A stretch of DNA of 49,370 nt, from the NCBI GenBank assembly GCA_022844165.1, contig JALHMH010000035.1, forward strand, positions 1 through 49,370, read 5' to 3'. Shown piece by piece: positions 39,254 to 49,370 of this stretch. The notes beneath the pieces were generated by a model. That model was not told where the DNA came from and made no database searches. It worked only from the letters and a program-made list of their open reading frames with translations. Positions within the stretch are counted from its first letter, which is position 1; the number at the start of each line of letters is the position of its first letter. This DNA is from Lysobacterales bacterium (GTDB lineage Bacteria > Pseudomonadota > Gammaproteobacteria > Xanthomonadales > SZUA-5). The position numbers and the translations under genes were made by a program.

Positions 39254-39625
39254 CTAGACCTTGGCTTTAGCCTTGGAGGCTGACAGATCCTCACGAATGC
39301 GCGCTGCCTTTCCTTCCAGTTCGCGCAGATAGTAGAGCTTGGCAGCGCGAACCTTGCCACGGCGTTTGATCTGTACCGAGTCGATCGATGGGCTGTGCGT
39401 TTGGAACACACGCTCGACGCCTTCGCCGTGCGAAATTTTGCGCACCGTAAACGACGAATTTAAACCGCGACTCTTCACGGCGATAACAACGCCTTCGTAA
39501 GCCTGCAACCGCTCACGCGCGCCTTCCTTGACTTTAACATTGACGACCACCGTATCGCCCGGCGTAAAGCCCGACACCGCGTGATTCATCTGCTCAGCTT
39601 CCAGTTGCTGAATGATTTTGCTCAT
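39254..39625 (-). CDS. rplS: 50S ribosomal protein L19
   Basis: [49 protein letters not shown]. Confidence 0.97.
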   Translation of the reverse strand: MSKIIQQLEAEQMNHAVSGFTPGDTVVVNVKVKEGARERLQAYEGVVIAVKSRGLNSSFTVRKISHGEGVERVFQTHSPSIDSVQIKRRGKVRAAKLYYLRELEGKAARIREDLSASKAKAKV

Positions 39626-39699
39626 GGCACTCAACCTTAAGACGACACTTGGAACGATTAGACCGCTCGATGGCGCCTTAGGCGATCGCAGCGAGCCCG

Positions 39700-40452
39700 C
39701 TATTGTACACCGTTTTTTTCCTGGTGCGCGGCGATGTATGCATCGAGCAATTGCTGATCGGGTTTATTCAGCGTCATGCAATCGAGCAAGTCTGGTCGTT
39801 GGCGCCAGGTCACGCCAAGCGCTTGCTGCCGACGCCACCTCGCAATCTCCGCGTGGTTGCCGGACAACAGCACTGAGGGTACGTCGCCCAACGAATGGCC
39901 GGGCGGCCGCGTGTAGTGTGGGCAATCGAGCAAGCCATCCATAAAACTATCTTCGATGGCACTTTGATCGGTATGCAGCACACCCGGTATCAGACGTGTG
40001 GCTGCATCGATCATCGCCAGCGCCGGCAACTCGCCGCCTGAGGTTACAAAATCGCCCAGCGAGACCTGCTCGTCGACCTTTGCGTCGACGAAACGCTGAT
40101 CGATGCCCTCGTAACGACCGCACACGAAAATGATCTGAGCGCGCTGAGAGAAGTTGATCGCCATCGCCTGATCAAATCGCCGGCCCTGTGGCGACATCAG
40201 CACCACGCTGGCATCGGGCAGCAGCTTCCTCGCCGCGTCAAGCGCCCGCGTCAGTGGTTCGATCAGCATGACCATCCCGGGGCCGCCACCGAACGGTCGG
40301 TCATCGACCGTTCGATAATTGTCGTTGGTGTAGTCGCGTGGATTGAAGGTTGCGACGTCAATCTTCCCGCGTTCGAGAGCACGGCCAACCACACCCATCG
40401 ACAGGGTTTGACGTACGACGTCAGGGAACAGCGTCAACAATGCAACGCGCAT
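39700..40452 (-). CDS. trmD: tRNA (guanine37-N1)-methyltransferase
   Basis: [45 protein letters not shown]. Confidence 0.97.
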   Translation of the reverse strand: MRVALLTLFPDVVRQTLSMGVVGRALERGKIDVATFNPRDYTNDNYRTVDDRPFGGGPGMVMLIEPLTRALDAARKLLPDASVVLMSPQGRRFDQAMAINFSQRAQIIFVCGRYEGIDQRFVDAKVDEQVSLGDFVTSGGELPALAMIDAATRLIPGVLHTDQSAIEDSFMDGLLDCPHYTRPPGHSLGDVPSVLLSGNHAEIARWRRQQALGVTWRQRPDLLDCMTLNKPDQQLLDAYIAAHQEKNGVQ

Positions 40453-40940
40453 CAGTCCAGATCCCAATCAACATCGATTCGCGACGCCTCAAGATCGACC
40501 TTATCGACATGCCGCCCCATGGCGAATGGGATCATGCAATCGCGCTCGCCGCGCACGACAAGAATAGGATGACTGCCATTGCTGAAGAGATGGTCGACGA
40601 CACCAAGCACGATGCCATCGCGATTGACTACGCTCAGGCCTTCAAGATCGGCCCAATAGAACTGCCCTTCCGCCAGCGGCGGCAACTGGCTGCGCTCAAC
40701 CGCGATTGACTGCCCACGAAAGCGCAGGGCCGCATCGCGGTCCTCGATACCCTCCAGGGAAATCAATGCGTGCGCGCCGGCCATGCGACCCACGATGCAG
40801 CGCAACGAACCGTCGATGAAAACACTCGGGAATGATAAAAGGCGCTGCGGCGGATCGCAAAACGACTCCGCCTTGAGTTGGCCCTTGATGCCGTGAGGCG
40901 CAAGAATGCGCCCCACCTGAATCATGCGCTCCGCGGCCAT
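40452..40940 (-). CDS. rimM: Ribosome maturation factor
   Basis: VGRI..PHGIKG, LPPL.EGQFYWADLEG, IPF, VDWD. Confidence 0.95.
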   Translation of the reverse strand: MAAERMIQVGRILAPHGIKGQLKAESFCDPPQRLLSFPSVFIDGSLRCIVGRMAGAHALISLEGIEDRDAALRFRGQSIAVERSQLPPLAEGQFYWADLEGLSVVNRDGIVLGVVDHLFSNGSHPILVVRGERDCMIPFAMGRHVDKVDLEASRIDVDWDLD

Positions 40941-40951
40941 GGCCGCCGTGC

Positions 40952-41212
40952 TTAAGCAGCCGCCGGCTGCAGCTTTTGCGCTTGTTTGATCAGCTGGCGC
41001 ACTTTTTCCGTCGGCTGAGCGCCAACGCCTTGCCAGTGCGCGACACGACCCAGGTCCAGCGACAGCGGAACTTCTTTACCCTGCGCAATCGGGTTGTAAA
41101 AACCCACGCGCTCGATGCTGCGGCCATCACGCGCAGCGCGCTCGTCGGCGACAACGATGTGATAAAACGGACGCTTCTTAGCGCCACCGCGTGCCAGGCG
41201 AATCTTAACCAT
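40952..41212 (-). CDS. rpsP: 30S ribosomal protein S16
   Basis: [37 protein letters not shown]. Confidence 0.97.
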   Translation of the reverse strand: MVKIRLARGGAKKRPFYHIVVADERAARDGRSIERVGFYNPIAQGKEVPLSLDLGRVAHWQGVGAQPTEKVRQLIKQAQKLQPAAA

Positions 41213-41798
41213 CCTTGGATCCCTTCTGCTGAAGCTTCGACGAAGTAAGAGCGAGATTGTAGCCCGGCAACGCAGCGAAGCGAAAGCCCTCGCGCTGAAG
41301 AACTTGTGAACCGATTCAGGCGGACGGCGATGGGCGCTCCTGAGGTTAGCTCGATTCTCTAACGGGTCCAGAACCAACGGCTCCCGGCGCCCGGCTGTTA
41401 TCTTGCGCATCCCTCGTCATTGACGCAACCGACAGTTGGCCGAAAACAACCACTAGCGCGCTCTCGCAGACGGCTCCCAACGCGGAATCCGAGCGGTTCT
41501 CGCTGGCTAGCCAAGGCCGATCCTATTCGGCTCAGTGATCACCGGCAGGTTCCATATAGACGCAACAACTGTCTCCCATAATCTTGCCACGCCGCCAATG
41601 CGCGGAGTGAACTGCGAGATAGGCGGCAAATTGACCGGATTGCAAATTTGTCCCTGGCGCGCCCTCACACCGCCGAAATCCCTGGGGCAGACTGCCGAAG
41701 ATGTTGCGCTTGGCGATTGTGCCCAAGTAACGATGAGCCGTTTTGCCGGCCAACTCCGCGTACCCAGTTCGCCCAAATTTTTCCGACGGAAAACAAGA

Positions 41799-44633
41799 AT
41801 GCGCACGTATTCCAATGCACTGCTGGTCGATTCGACAAACAGCGATCCAAAGACAAATCTGGCCGCAGGAACAATCTGTCGTCTCGCACTGATTCTTCTC
41901 CTGCTGTGTTTCTCAGTTCCGGCATGGTCGCAGCTCAGCGGTGGCGAAACCACGCTAAGCGCCGCGCAACTTTCAGCGATCGGTCGCCCGAATCCGGCGG
42001 TTTGTATTGACGCAACGGCCGTCCCTCAAGATGGCGCATCTTTGCCTGGTGCATGGCGCGAGTCCGGACGCTTCGGCCAGGGCTGGGACTTGCTGGCTCA
42101 AGGCGATCAACTGACGGCGGTCTGGTACACCTACGGCACAAACCGTCGGCCGGTTTGGTACCAATCGACCGGCATGGCACTGGACGTGGCGAGTAACGAG
42201 GGGTCGGCGCTGCTTTACGAACATACGCCGGGTTCGTTGGGCCAGCTTGGATCGAATCCGAAACTTGTAGGTGGCGTGGCGTTCCGATTCTTCCGCAACA
42301 TGCCTGATCGAGCTGTGGTGCGAATTCAATTCAGTTCGGGCCAGTTGCGGGAAGCCTGCCTGTTTCGCACGATTTCGGGAAACAACCCCACTGTCAGATT
42401 GAGATCGCCGACAGACCCCAATCCGAACGCGCTCTTGTTTTCCACCAGCTATGGCGCCAGCGAACGGCTAACACTGGCGACATTCGACACCAATGGCGTC
42501 GCTGTCTGGCTGGCAAGCAAAGAACCTGTGGCCGGATCTCGCGTTCTTGACTATTACTACTCCAACTATCCGGGTAACAACGCTTGGAACGAGTGCAACC
42601 ACTCTGGTTGCGTTTCGGCCCCGCGTCCTGTTGGCAACCTCGCTGTTGGCGCGGGCCAGCGATCGAGCGACCCGATCCCTGTCGTGTTATCGGCCGTCGC
42701 GACGATCGCCGAAGTGGGGCAGCAGCTGAACGCGCAGTACCCCACTGCGCAATCCGGCGCATCCATGAGCGCTGTCCTTGCGCACACGCTTTCGGCAGGG
42801 CCGAATCCCTGCCTGATTCCGGCGGGTCAGACCAACTGCAACGTCACGGTGTCATGGAACTTCGATGTTAGCACCGGCACGCCAAACATCGGTGTCTACA
42901 GGAAGTTGGAAGGATCGTCTGCCTACGTACTTCTAAGCAGCCTCTATTCCGGCACCATCGTCGATAGCGTTCCGGTCGGAAACTACCGTTACTATTTGGC
43001 GAGACGCAACAGCAATGGCTCCATCGACCTCAACAACCAATACCAAAGTACCGGAATCATCAACGTTAGCGCGGGTTCCGGTGGCGGCCCGGGAAACACT
43101 ATCGGATTTCGCGACCTCAGCATGTGCCCCGCGTCCCCCACCCCGATCGCCCCGGGCGATGTGCCTGGCGTTCCCGGACTCTATTGGAATCCAGATCGAG
43201 AGACCACCGGTTGGTTCCTGAGTTTCTCAACGAACGGTCCAAGCAAGACTGCGATTGTCACTTGGCTGACCTACGATGCTCAAGGCAAGCGTCGCTGGTA
43301 CGCGACCGCACCGGCCGAGATCGCCGATATCGATCCGGCTCCGAACAGCACGGTTTTTGCTTTCTGGGCGCCGTTGCTCCGCTACCAATGGGTCGGCAAT
43401 CAGCAAGGCCAGGGTACTCAGGTAGGCGAGGTGTCGATCACGTTTTCGCCCACCGATGCGACCCGTTCCGGATTGCACTGGAAACTCGGTGAAAGCCAGA
43501 TTGAAAAGGAATGTCTGCGCGAATTCAGGCGTGGCGATCAAGCTCGCGGTGCGGAAAATCTCGCATATAGCGGTTACTGGTACGACCCTTTACAGCAGGG
43601 CTGGGGATTCTTGGCCTACATTTTTCAACCACAGTCGACAGTCGAGGAGTATCACTCGTTAACGGTCTACGACACCCAAGGATCTCCGACTTGGCTGGAC
43701 ATCGGTCCATTCGCATCATCGACCAATTTGACCACCGCGGTACCGGTCCACTACCGGATGTCGCCATTCCCCGCCGGACTTCCGACAGGGTTGCCGCTAC
43801 CAGCAGCGCAGTGGCCACCTCTTCAAGTAGCAGGATCACTGAATCGCGAGTTCCTATCCGCTGCGACAGCACGACTGGTGATCAACGCCCGATTACCCAC
43901 AGCGCAAACTCCCACAGAGTTGAATTGGGATCGTGGCACGCTTGCCAGTCCGTTGCCGATTGCCAAGATCTTTCGTGTCGACGAGATCACAACCAGTCGC
44001 CAAGTCTGCACGCTAACAGCAACCGACAATTGCCCCGTGACGGTGAGTTGGACGAGCACCTTCGATTCTGCTCGCGCTTGGCGCCGCAATCTCGCCACGC
44101 AAACCATCGAACTGCTGCCATCGACCAATCGAACCGACAGCATCGTTCAAACTTTCGTGTCCCCAGGCAGCTTCCAGTACTTCTTGTCCACTTCGCCAGG
44201 TGGCGGTTCACCACTCGCAGTGAGCGCGGCCGTTGTTATCCATGGTTTGCTACCAGCCCCTGTTGCCACCGCCACAGGTGGTTTGGGTTATCGCCTCAAC
44301 TGGCAAGCCGTGAGTTCAGGGACGGTAGATGTCGGCTTCAGCACTTCGGTCAGCACGACACCGACCAGCGCTACGGCGACGGGTCTAACGGGCACGCAAT
44401 ACGATGGCACGGTGCCGGCAGCGGGCACGTACTACTTCTTTATCCGCCGATGTTCACCGACCTGCGGCGCTTGGAGTCCGCCCAGCAATCCGCTAACGCT
44501 GGCGAACACCGGCACGGTGACAGAAATCGCGGACGACGAGCGTGGCGCGTCAATCCAAGACTACCAATCACCTTATCGGCCCAACACACCATCGGTTCTC
44601 GCGGGCGCCATCCCAGGTCAGGCAAGCACCAGC
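41799..44633 (+). CDS. N-terminal part of a giant secreted RHS protein (signal peptide, repeated GxWxDP domains, Ig/FN3-like domains); frameshifted at ~44634
   Basis: Hydrophobic signal ..LALILLLLCFSVPAWS. Protein-like sequence continues to GAIPGQASTS; the last ~40 codons of the tracked ORF (to 44756) look out of frame. Start uncertain (41535-41799). Confidence 0.75.
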
Positions 44634-44634
44634 G

Positions 44635-47600
44635 GGTGGCAGCGCATCGTACACAGTGCCGATTGCCCTTCCGCCGGGCCGTCGCGGCATGCAGCCGCAA
44701 GTTGCGTTGAGCTATTCCTCGCGTGCGGGCAATGGCATTGCCGGCATGGGCTTTAGCTTGTCGGCGGGCGGCGCGATCACACGTTGCCCCTCGACCTTGG
44801 CCACGGATGGCGCCACCCGCCCAGTCAAATTCGATGGCGATGATCGCCTGTGCCTCGATGGGCAAAGGTTGATGTTAGATCCCATCGAGCCTGTCGGAGC
44901 CGTCTACGGCACAAATGGACGGCGCTACCGCACCGAGATCGACAGTTACACTCGAGTGGTTCAGCGCGGCGGCGATCTGGGTAGTGACACGCTGGTGTAC
45001 TTCGAAATGCAAAGCCGCGATGGCATGCGCCGCTTCTATGGTGCCGATGAGGCGGCTGGCAGTTTACGCAACGCGCGCGTCAAACCGTCAGGCGCCGGCA
45101 TCAGCGGCACGGCGACACTCAGCTGGTTGTTGGACACCGAGCTCGATCGGGCCGGCAACCACATCAAATACACCTATCAAACAAGTGGCAACGGCAGCGG
45201 CGAAAACCTGCTGATCCGAATCGACTACACCGGGAAGGGCACCAGCTTCGGAACACGCAATGTCCAATTCACCTATGAAAACCGCACGGATCGATCGAGC
45301 AGTTACCTATCGGGTGCGCTCACCGAACAAACCAAACGTCTGACGCGAATCCTGACTGCCGTCGGCACACAGAACGTCGCCGACTACGATTTGATCTACG
45401 CGCAAAGTAACGCCAGCCAGCGCTCATTGTTGACCGAGCTGCATCAGTGCAACTGGGAGCTTGGCGCAGCCAGTTGCATCCACACCCTCGATCCGAATCG
45501 ATTTACGTGGCAAGACACGCCGGCCAGCACGCCGAATCTCTCCGAATCAACGATTCAGTGGCCTTCACTCATGCCACAACCCGCCACAACGCCAGGCGTA
45601 GCCGTGTTGGACTCGATCACGCCCTTGGCAGATATCGACGGCGATGGTGTGATTGAGATGCAGCGCCAGATCAGCACCAGTGCCGGCGGCGTGCGCAGTT
45701 TCATTGTCTCGTTCAACGCCGATCGCTCGCCGCGCGGCTGGATCGAGCGGTTCATCTCGGGAACGCCAGTCGACTTGAACAATGACGGGCGTGCAGAGTT
45801 TTGGAGTCTGAACGGCCAGGGCGGTATCGATATGACCTCGTTCCGACCACAGGCCGGTTGCACCGGGGCGGCTTGCAGCGCGTTTGTCGTTGAGAACTTC
45901 CAAACGCAGTCGCTATCGCGCTGCGGGCTAGCGCCGACAGCAGGGGGCCGTAGTGTCGAGTTCCATGACTTCAACGGTGATGCGCTGCCCGACTTGAGCG
46001 TCTGGTCATCCGGTGCCTGCGGCCAGGGCCCTGGCATCCACCTCTACATCAATCAATCGGCGCCGCAGAGCGGCAACTCCCAGCACTTGCAATTCGCCAG
46101 CAGTTCTTACTTCATTCCCCTCGCCACAAGCAGCCTTCCCGGCGGCGATGAGCGCGTGATCTCGGTGCTAGACCTGGACGGCGATGGCACACCCGAGTTC
46201 ATCACCGAAGGACGCCAGCCTGCAGACCCATACACGAAGAACAGCATCAAGAAGATCACGTTCGTTGGCGGCACTCCGCAGCACTCCACAGTGCCCTTCG
46301 AGTCTATCTTGGATGGCAGTACCTTCTTAATGCCCGCAACGGCGCGGCGCTCGTTTTTTGCCGATATCAACGGTGACGGCCTGGAAGATCTGATTCTCGC
46401 AACGCCATTTCAATCCAATGTTGGCGGCGCACAGTGCGACTCGCGCTGGACCGTCCGCATGAATCGAGGTGGACGATTGACAGACGTGATCGAATTGACC
46501 GGGACATCGATCGTCAAACGTGCAGGCCTGGAGCTCTACTCTCTCGGCGCCAATCATTGCGAACCGGTCGCACGAGCATGGGCAGGCCAACAGGCAGGGT
46601 TGACCTCGCCAATCGATCTCGATGCCGATGGCCGAACCGAACTGCTGGTGCCGAGTGGCCTCGCACAACGAACATGCACCGATGTTGTGATCGAGACGAA
46701 TCCTACGAAACCCAGGGAAGCCGGGAGAGTTTGCTCGGCACATCCGCGCCAATTGACTCAGTCGCCCGGCGGTCTGGAGCTGAGCCTGTCGGACATCGCC
46801 GAGCCAATCCGCATTTTCGCCCCGCCGGTTCCCCCTAGCCAAACGCCGAATGACATTCTTGATCTGTCGGTAGTCGACAGCTCCACCTATCGGATGTCGC
46901 GGCTGATCTTCCGACAGAATTCCAGCGGCCAATGGACCATCAGCGAAGAGTCGTTGCCATCCAGCTACGAACGCCAGATCGATGCGCAGCAAGACAACGA
47001 TCGCATCGACTTCTTCGGCGATGGCCTGACCGACGCGCTGCTCAGCCGTGGCTGCAAAATTCAGTGGGCGGGCACCACTCAGCCGGCTTGTACTTTGGAA
47101 GACAATGGTCAGATCGTACCGCTGTCCACAGGGCCCAGCTTGTTTGCCAACAACGGTGCAGGGTTTGTCACCGGCAACTCCGCCAAAGCACCGGAAATGC
47201 TCACCTCGGTGGCCGACAGTTTCGGTGAAGTGGCCAATTGGAGCTATCAGGCGCTGTCCAGCAAGGCCGGTCGGGGTCCAACCGAATTGCCGCTCTATCG
47301 CATTCCGGCGCGCGAGACGCAGGTTGGCTACATCGATGCCAACCACTTCTACTTCGCCTCCAGCATGAATGTGGTCAGCGAGATGAAGCTGCGCAATGGC
47401 AGGCTTAGTCTGAATGGCGTTGGTCCGATGAACACGACGCGCTATGGCTACGAAGAAGCAATGTACAACAACAGGGGGCGTGGCTTCGTTGGCTTTCGCA
47501 AGATAATCAGTGAGGATCTCGACACGCAATTGTGGCCCGGGCTACGCAGCGCCACGGTCTTTCACCAAAAATTCCCGCTCATTTCGCAACGTGAGTGCCA

Positions 47601-49370
47601 AGTAGTCCAGTTGACCACAGAACCCGTAAGCGAGTTGAGATGCGATACGCAGCAGGCGATCAATCTCTCGAAGCGCGAACAGTATGAGTGCAACAACATC
47701 AGCTGTTCAACCGCACAGAATCAATCCGGCGCAAACGTCGCGTACCGAGTCATGGCCCGCCAGCAAATCAATGAAACCCGCGATTTGAGCGTTCGCTCCA
47801 CTCTGGTCACGCGTAGTACCCAAAGCATCGGCGCTTTCGGCATCGGTTACGATGCTTATGGCAACCTGCTGCAGCAAACCACAATCACGCAAGACTTCGT
47901 CAGTGGTAGCCAGAATCCTGTGCGCACCCACACGATAACGGTGAGCCACACTTACGATCCGGACGATGCCAATTGGTGGGTGAACAAGCTGACGCGCAGT
48001 ACGACAAGCGCAGCCCAAAGCTACGGCGGCGCCTGGTTGGTCGATGCGCCATTTGTGCCAACCCGCGCCACAACCACGCTCTATGGGTACGGCACAGCAA
48101 ACAACGCGACCAACCTGCGCCTGCCAGCTTGCGAAACACTGATGGATGGCAGCCCGATGAACCCCGGCGCGTGCGCCAGCGCCACCGGCTTTGAACAACG
48201 TGTGACGCGCAGTTTCGATAGTTTCGGCAACACCATCAACGAAACCCGGGAGGCGCGCTTAGTGGCGGCGAGCCGCTCGACGTCGAGTTGCTTCGCAATT
48301 GAATCGCCATGCACGGTTGGAACCGAGGGTTATTTCCCAACCAGGATTGCAGACGCCTTCGGCAAATCGACGACAACGGTGTTCGACGCACGTTTTGGAA
48401 CGCCAACCCAGGTGACTTCGGCGAACGGACTGACGACAACTACAATCTATGACCCACTCGGGCGCGTTGTTCGTGAGGTGGCGCCGACCGCGGATGGATT
48501 GCGCGCGGCGATGCCGATCGTAATTAGCTACGAGCGCTGCGGTGGCGGCATCGCTTGCCTGTCGCAAGATGCCGTTCTCCGCGTGGTGCGCAGTCAATAC
48601 GGTAGCCCGCAGTCGATGCAGTATATGGATAGTCACGGTCGCATCGTCCGAAACAGCATCAAGTTGTTAGGGGCTATCTTTGCTGCAACGCCAATTGCGC
48701 TCACTGACGCGGACGCGAGCGTTAGCGAAACTGCCTACGATTGGAAGGGGCGAGTATGGATTCAGTGGGCTGCCGACAGAGGAGCCCGGAGCAGCGTTAA
48801 CAGCACGATCCATTACTACGACACACTTGGGCGAGTGTATGAAAAGGAGGAGGAATTCCCAGATGCTAGCGAGCCGGCAGTTGGGTCTTCAATTCAGAAG
48901 CGTAAGACTACGTACTCCTATGTTGACCACAGCGTATCCATTCGGGTTTGCCAAGATCGTTTCCTTTGGCCACATTGCGCGCCGAGCGGAATAAACCTGG
49001 ACGGCTCCCCCGTCCTCAACATGTCCCGCACCTACGACAGCTCGCAAAAGCTCGTCAACACTCAGGACGCCAACGGCAAAACCACCTTCTACTGGCACGA
49101 CGGCGCCGGAAATCCGCTCAAGCTCAAAGACGTTACCGGCAAGTCGATCACCAGCGTGTACAACAACTTCGGCCACCGTCTGTCCGTCACCGATCCGAGC
49201 AGCGGCACAACCTCCTTCACCTACAACGGTTTCGGCGAATTGCTCACGCGCACCGACAACCGTCCGCGCACGAGCACCCACACCTACGATGTGCTGGGCC
49301 GCATGACAGCGCGCACTTGGGATGAGTTTCCGCACGGCTCGACGACATCGTTGCCGGCCAGCGAAATCAC
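44635..49370 (+). CDS. C-terminal part of the giant protein: SpvB/TcB N-domain, FG-GAP/VCBS repeats, TcdB-mid domain, YD/RHS repeats; incomplete at window end
   Basis: Hand translation of frame +1 has no stop from 44497 to the end. It reads GGSASYTVPIALPPGRRGMQPQVALSYSSRAGNGIAGMGFSL...RLCLDGQRL, then seven D-x-D/N-x-D-G-type motifs (45631-47008), GRGFVGF (47476), and YD repeats YDAYGN, YDPLGR, YDWKGR, YDTLGR, YNGFGE, YDVLGR. Confidence 0.9.

Noticed and set aside
41256-41284. Sigma70 promoter for rpsP (TACAAT -10 on the minus strand)
   Set aside because: The -35 region (TTCGCT) is weak; not enough support to list as a feature.
44634-44756. C-terminus of the tracked 1073-aa ORF (GWQRIVHSADC...)
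   Set aside because: Out-of-frame read-through of the SpvB domain after the frameshift.
46327-47529. 400-aa minus-strand ORF and other short ORFs in 44900-49335
   Set aside because: Shadows of the uninterrupted + frame RHS coding sequence.

Overview
High-GC gammaproteobacterial chromosomal window. Gene content and motifs suggest Xanthomonadales/Lysobacterales (inference). It is mostly housekeeping and envelope genes: amtB-glnK under a sigma54/IHF/NtrC promoter, mgtE, a Tat-signal msrB, a TMEM43 homologue, a beta-propeller hybrid sensor kinase, GTPase-DUF697/YceI, GNAT-minCDE, degP, an acyltransferase, cysK, xdhABC with a divergent adenine deaminase, an SDR, hsp20, an MlaE/F/D-PqiC-type ABC system, a VPS10/BNR protein, an MFS transporter and rpsP-rimM-trmD-rplS. 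Three things stand out. (1) A giant signal-peptide-bearing SpvB/FG-GAP/TcdB/RHS protein (at least ~2520 aa, running off the window end) is split by one extra G at 44634-44636, so the ORF track misses most of it; its N-terminus is a duplicated uncharacterised Trp/Tyr-rich domain. (2) A co-oriented cluster encodes a penta-heme cytochrome c, a membrane Ser/Thr kinase with a glycine-less P-loop, an RsbW-like protein with a G1-box Asp->Tyr change, and a small secreted peptide; this is a candidate redox-signalling system. (3) Two MITE-like hairpin elements lie at 1-136 and 8739-8904. No rRNA, tRNA, CRISPR array or transposase was seen. All family assignments come from motifs recognised by eye; no database searches were run.
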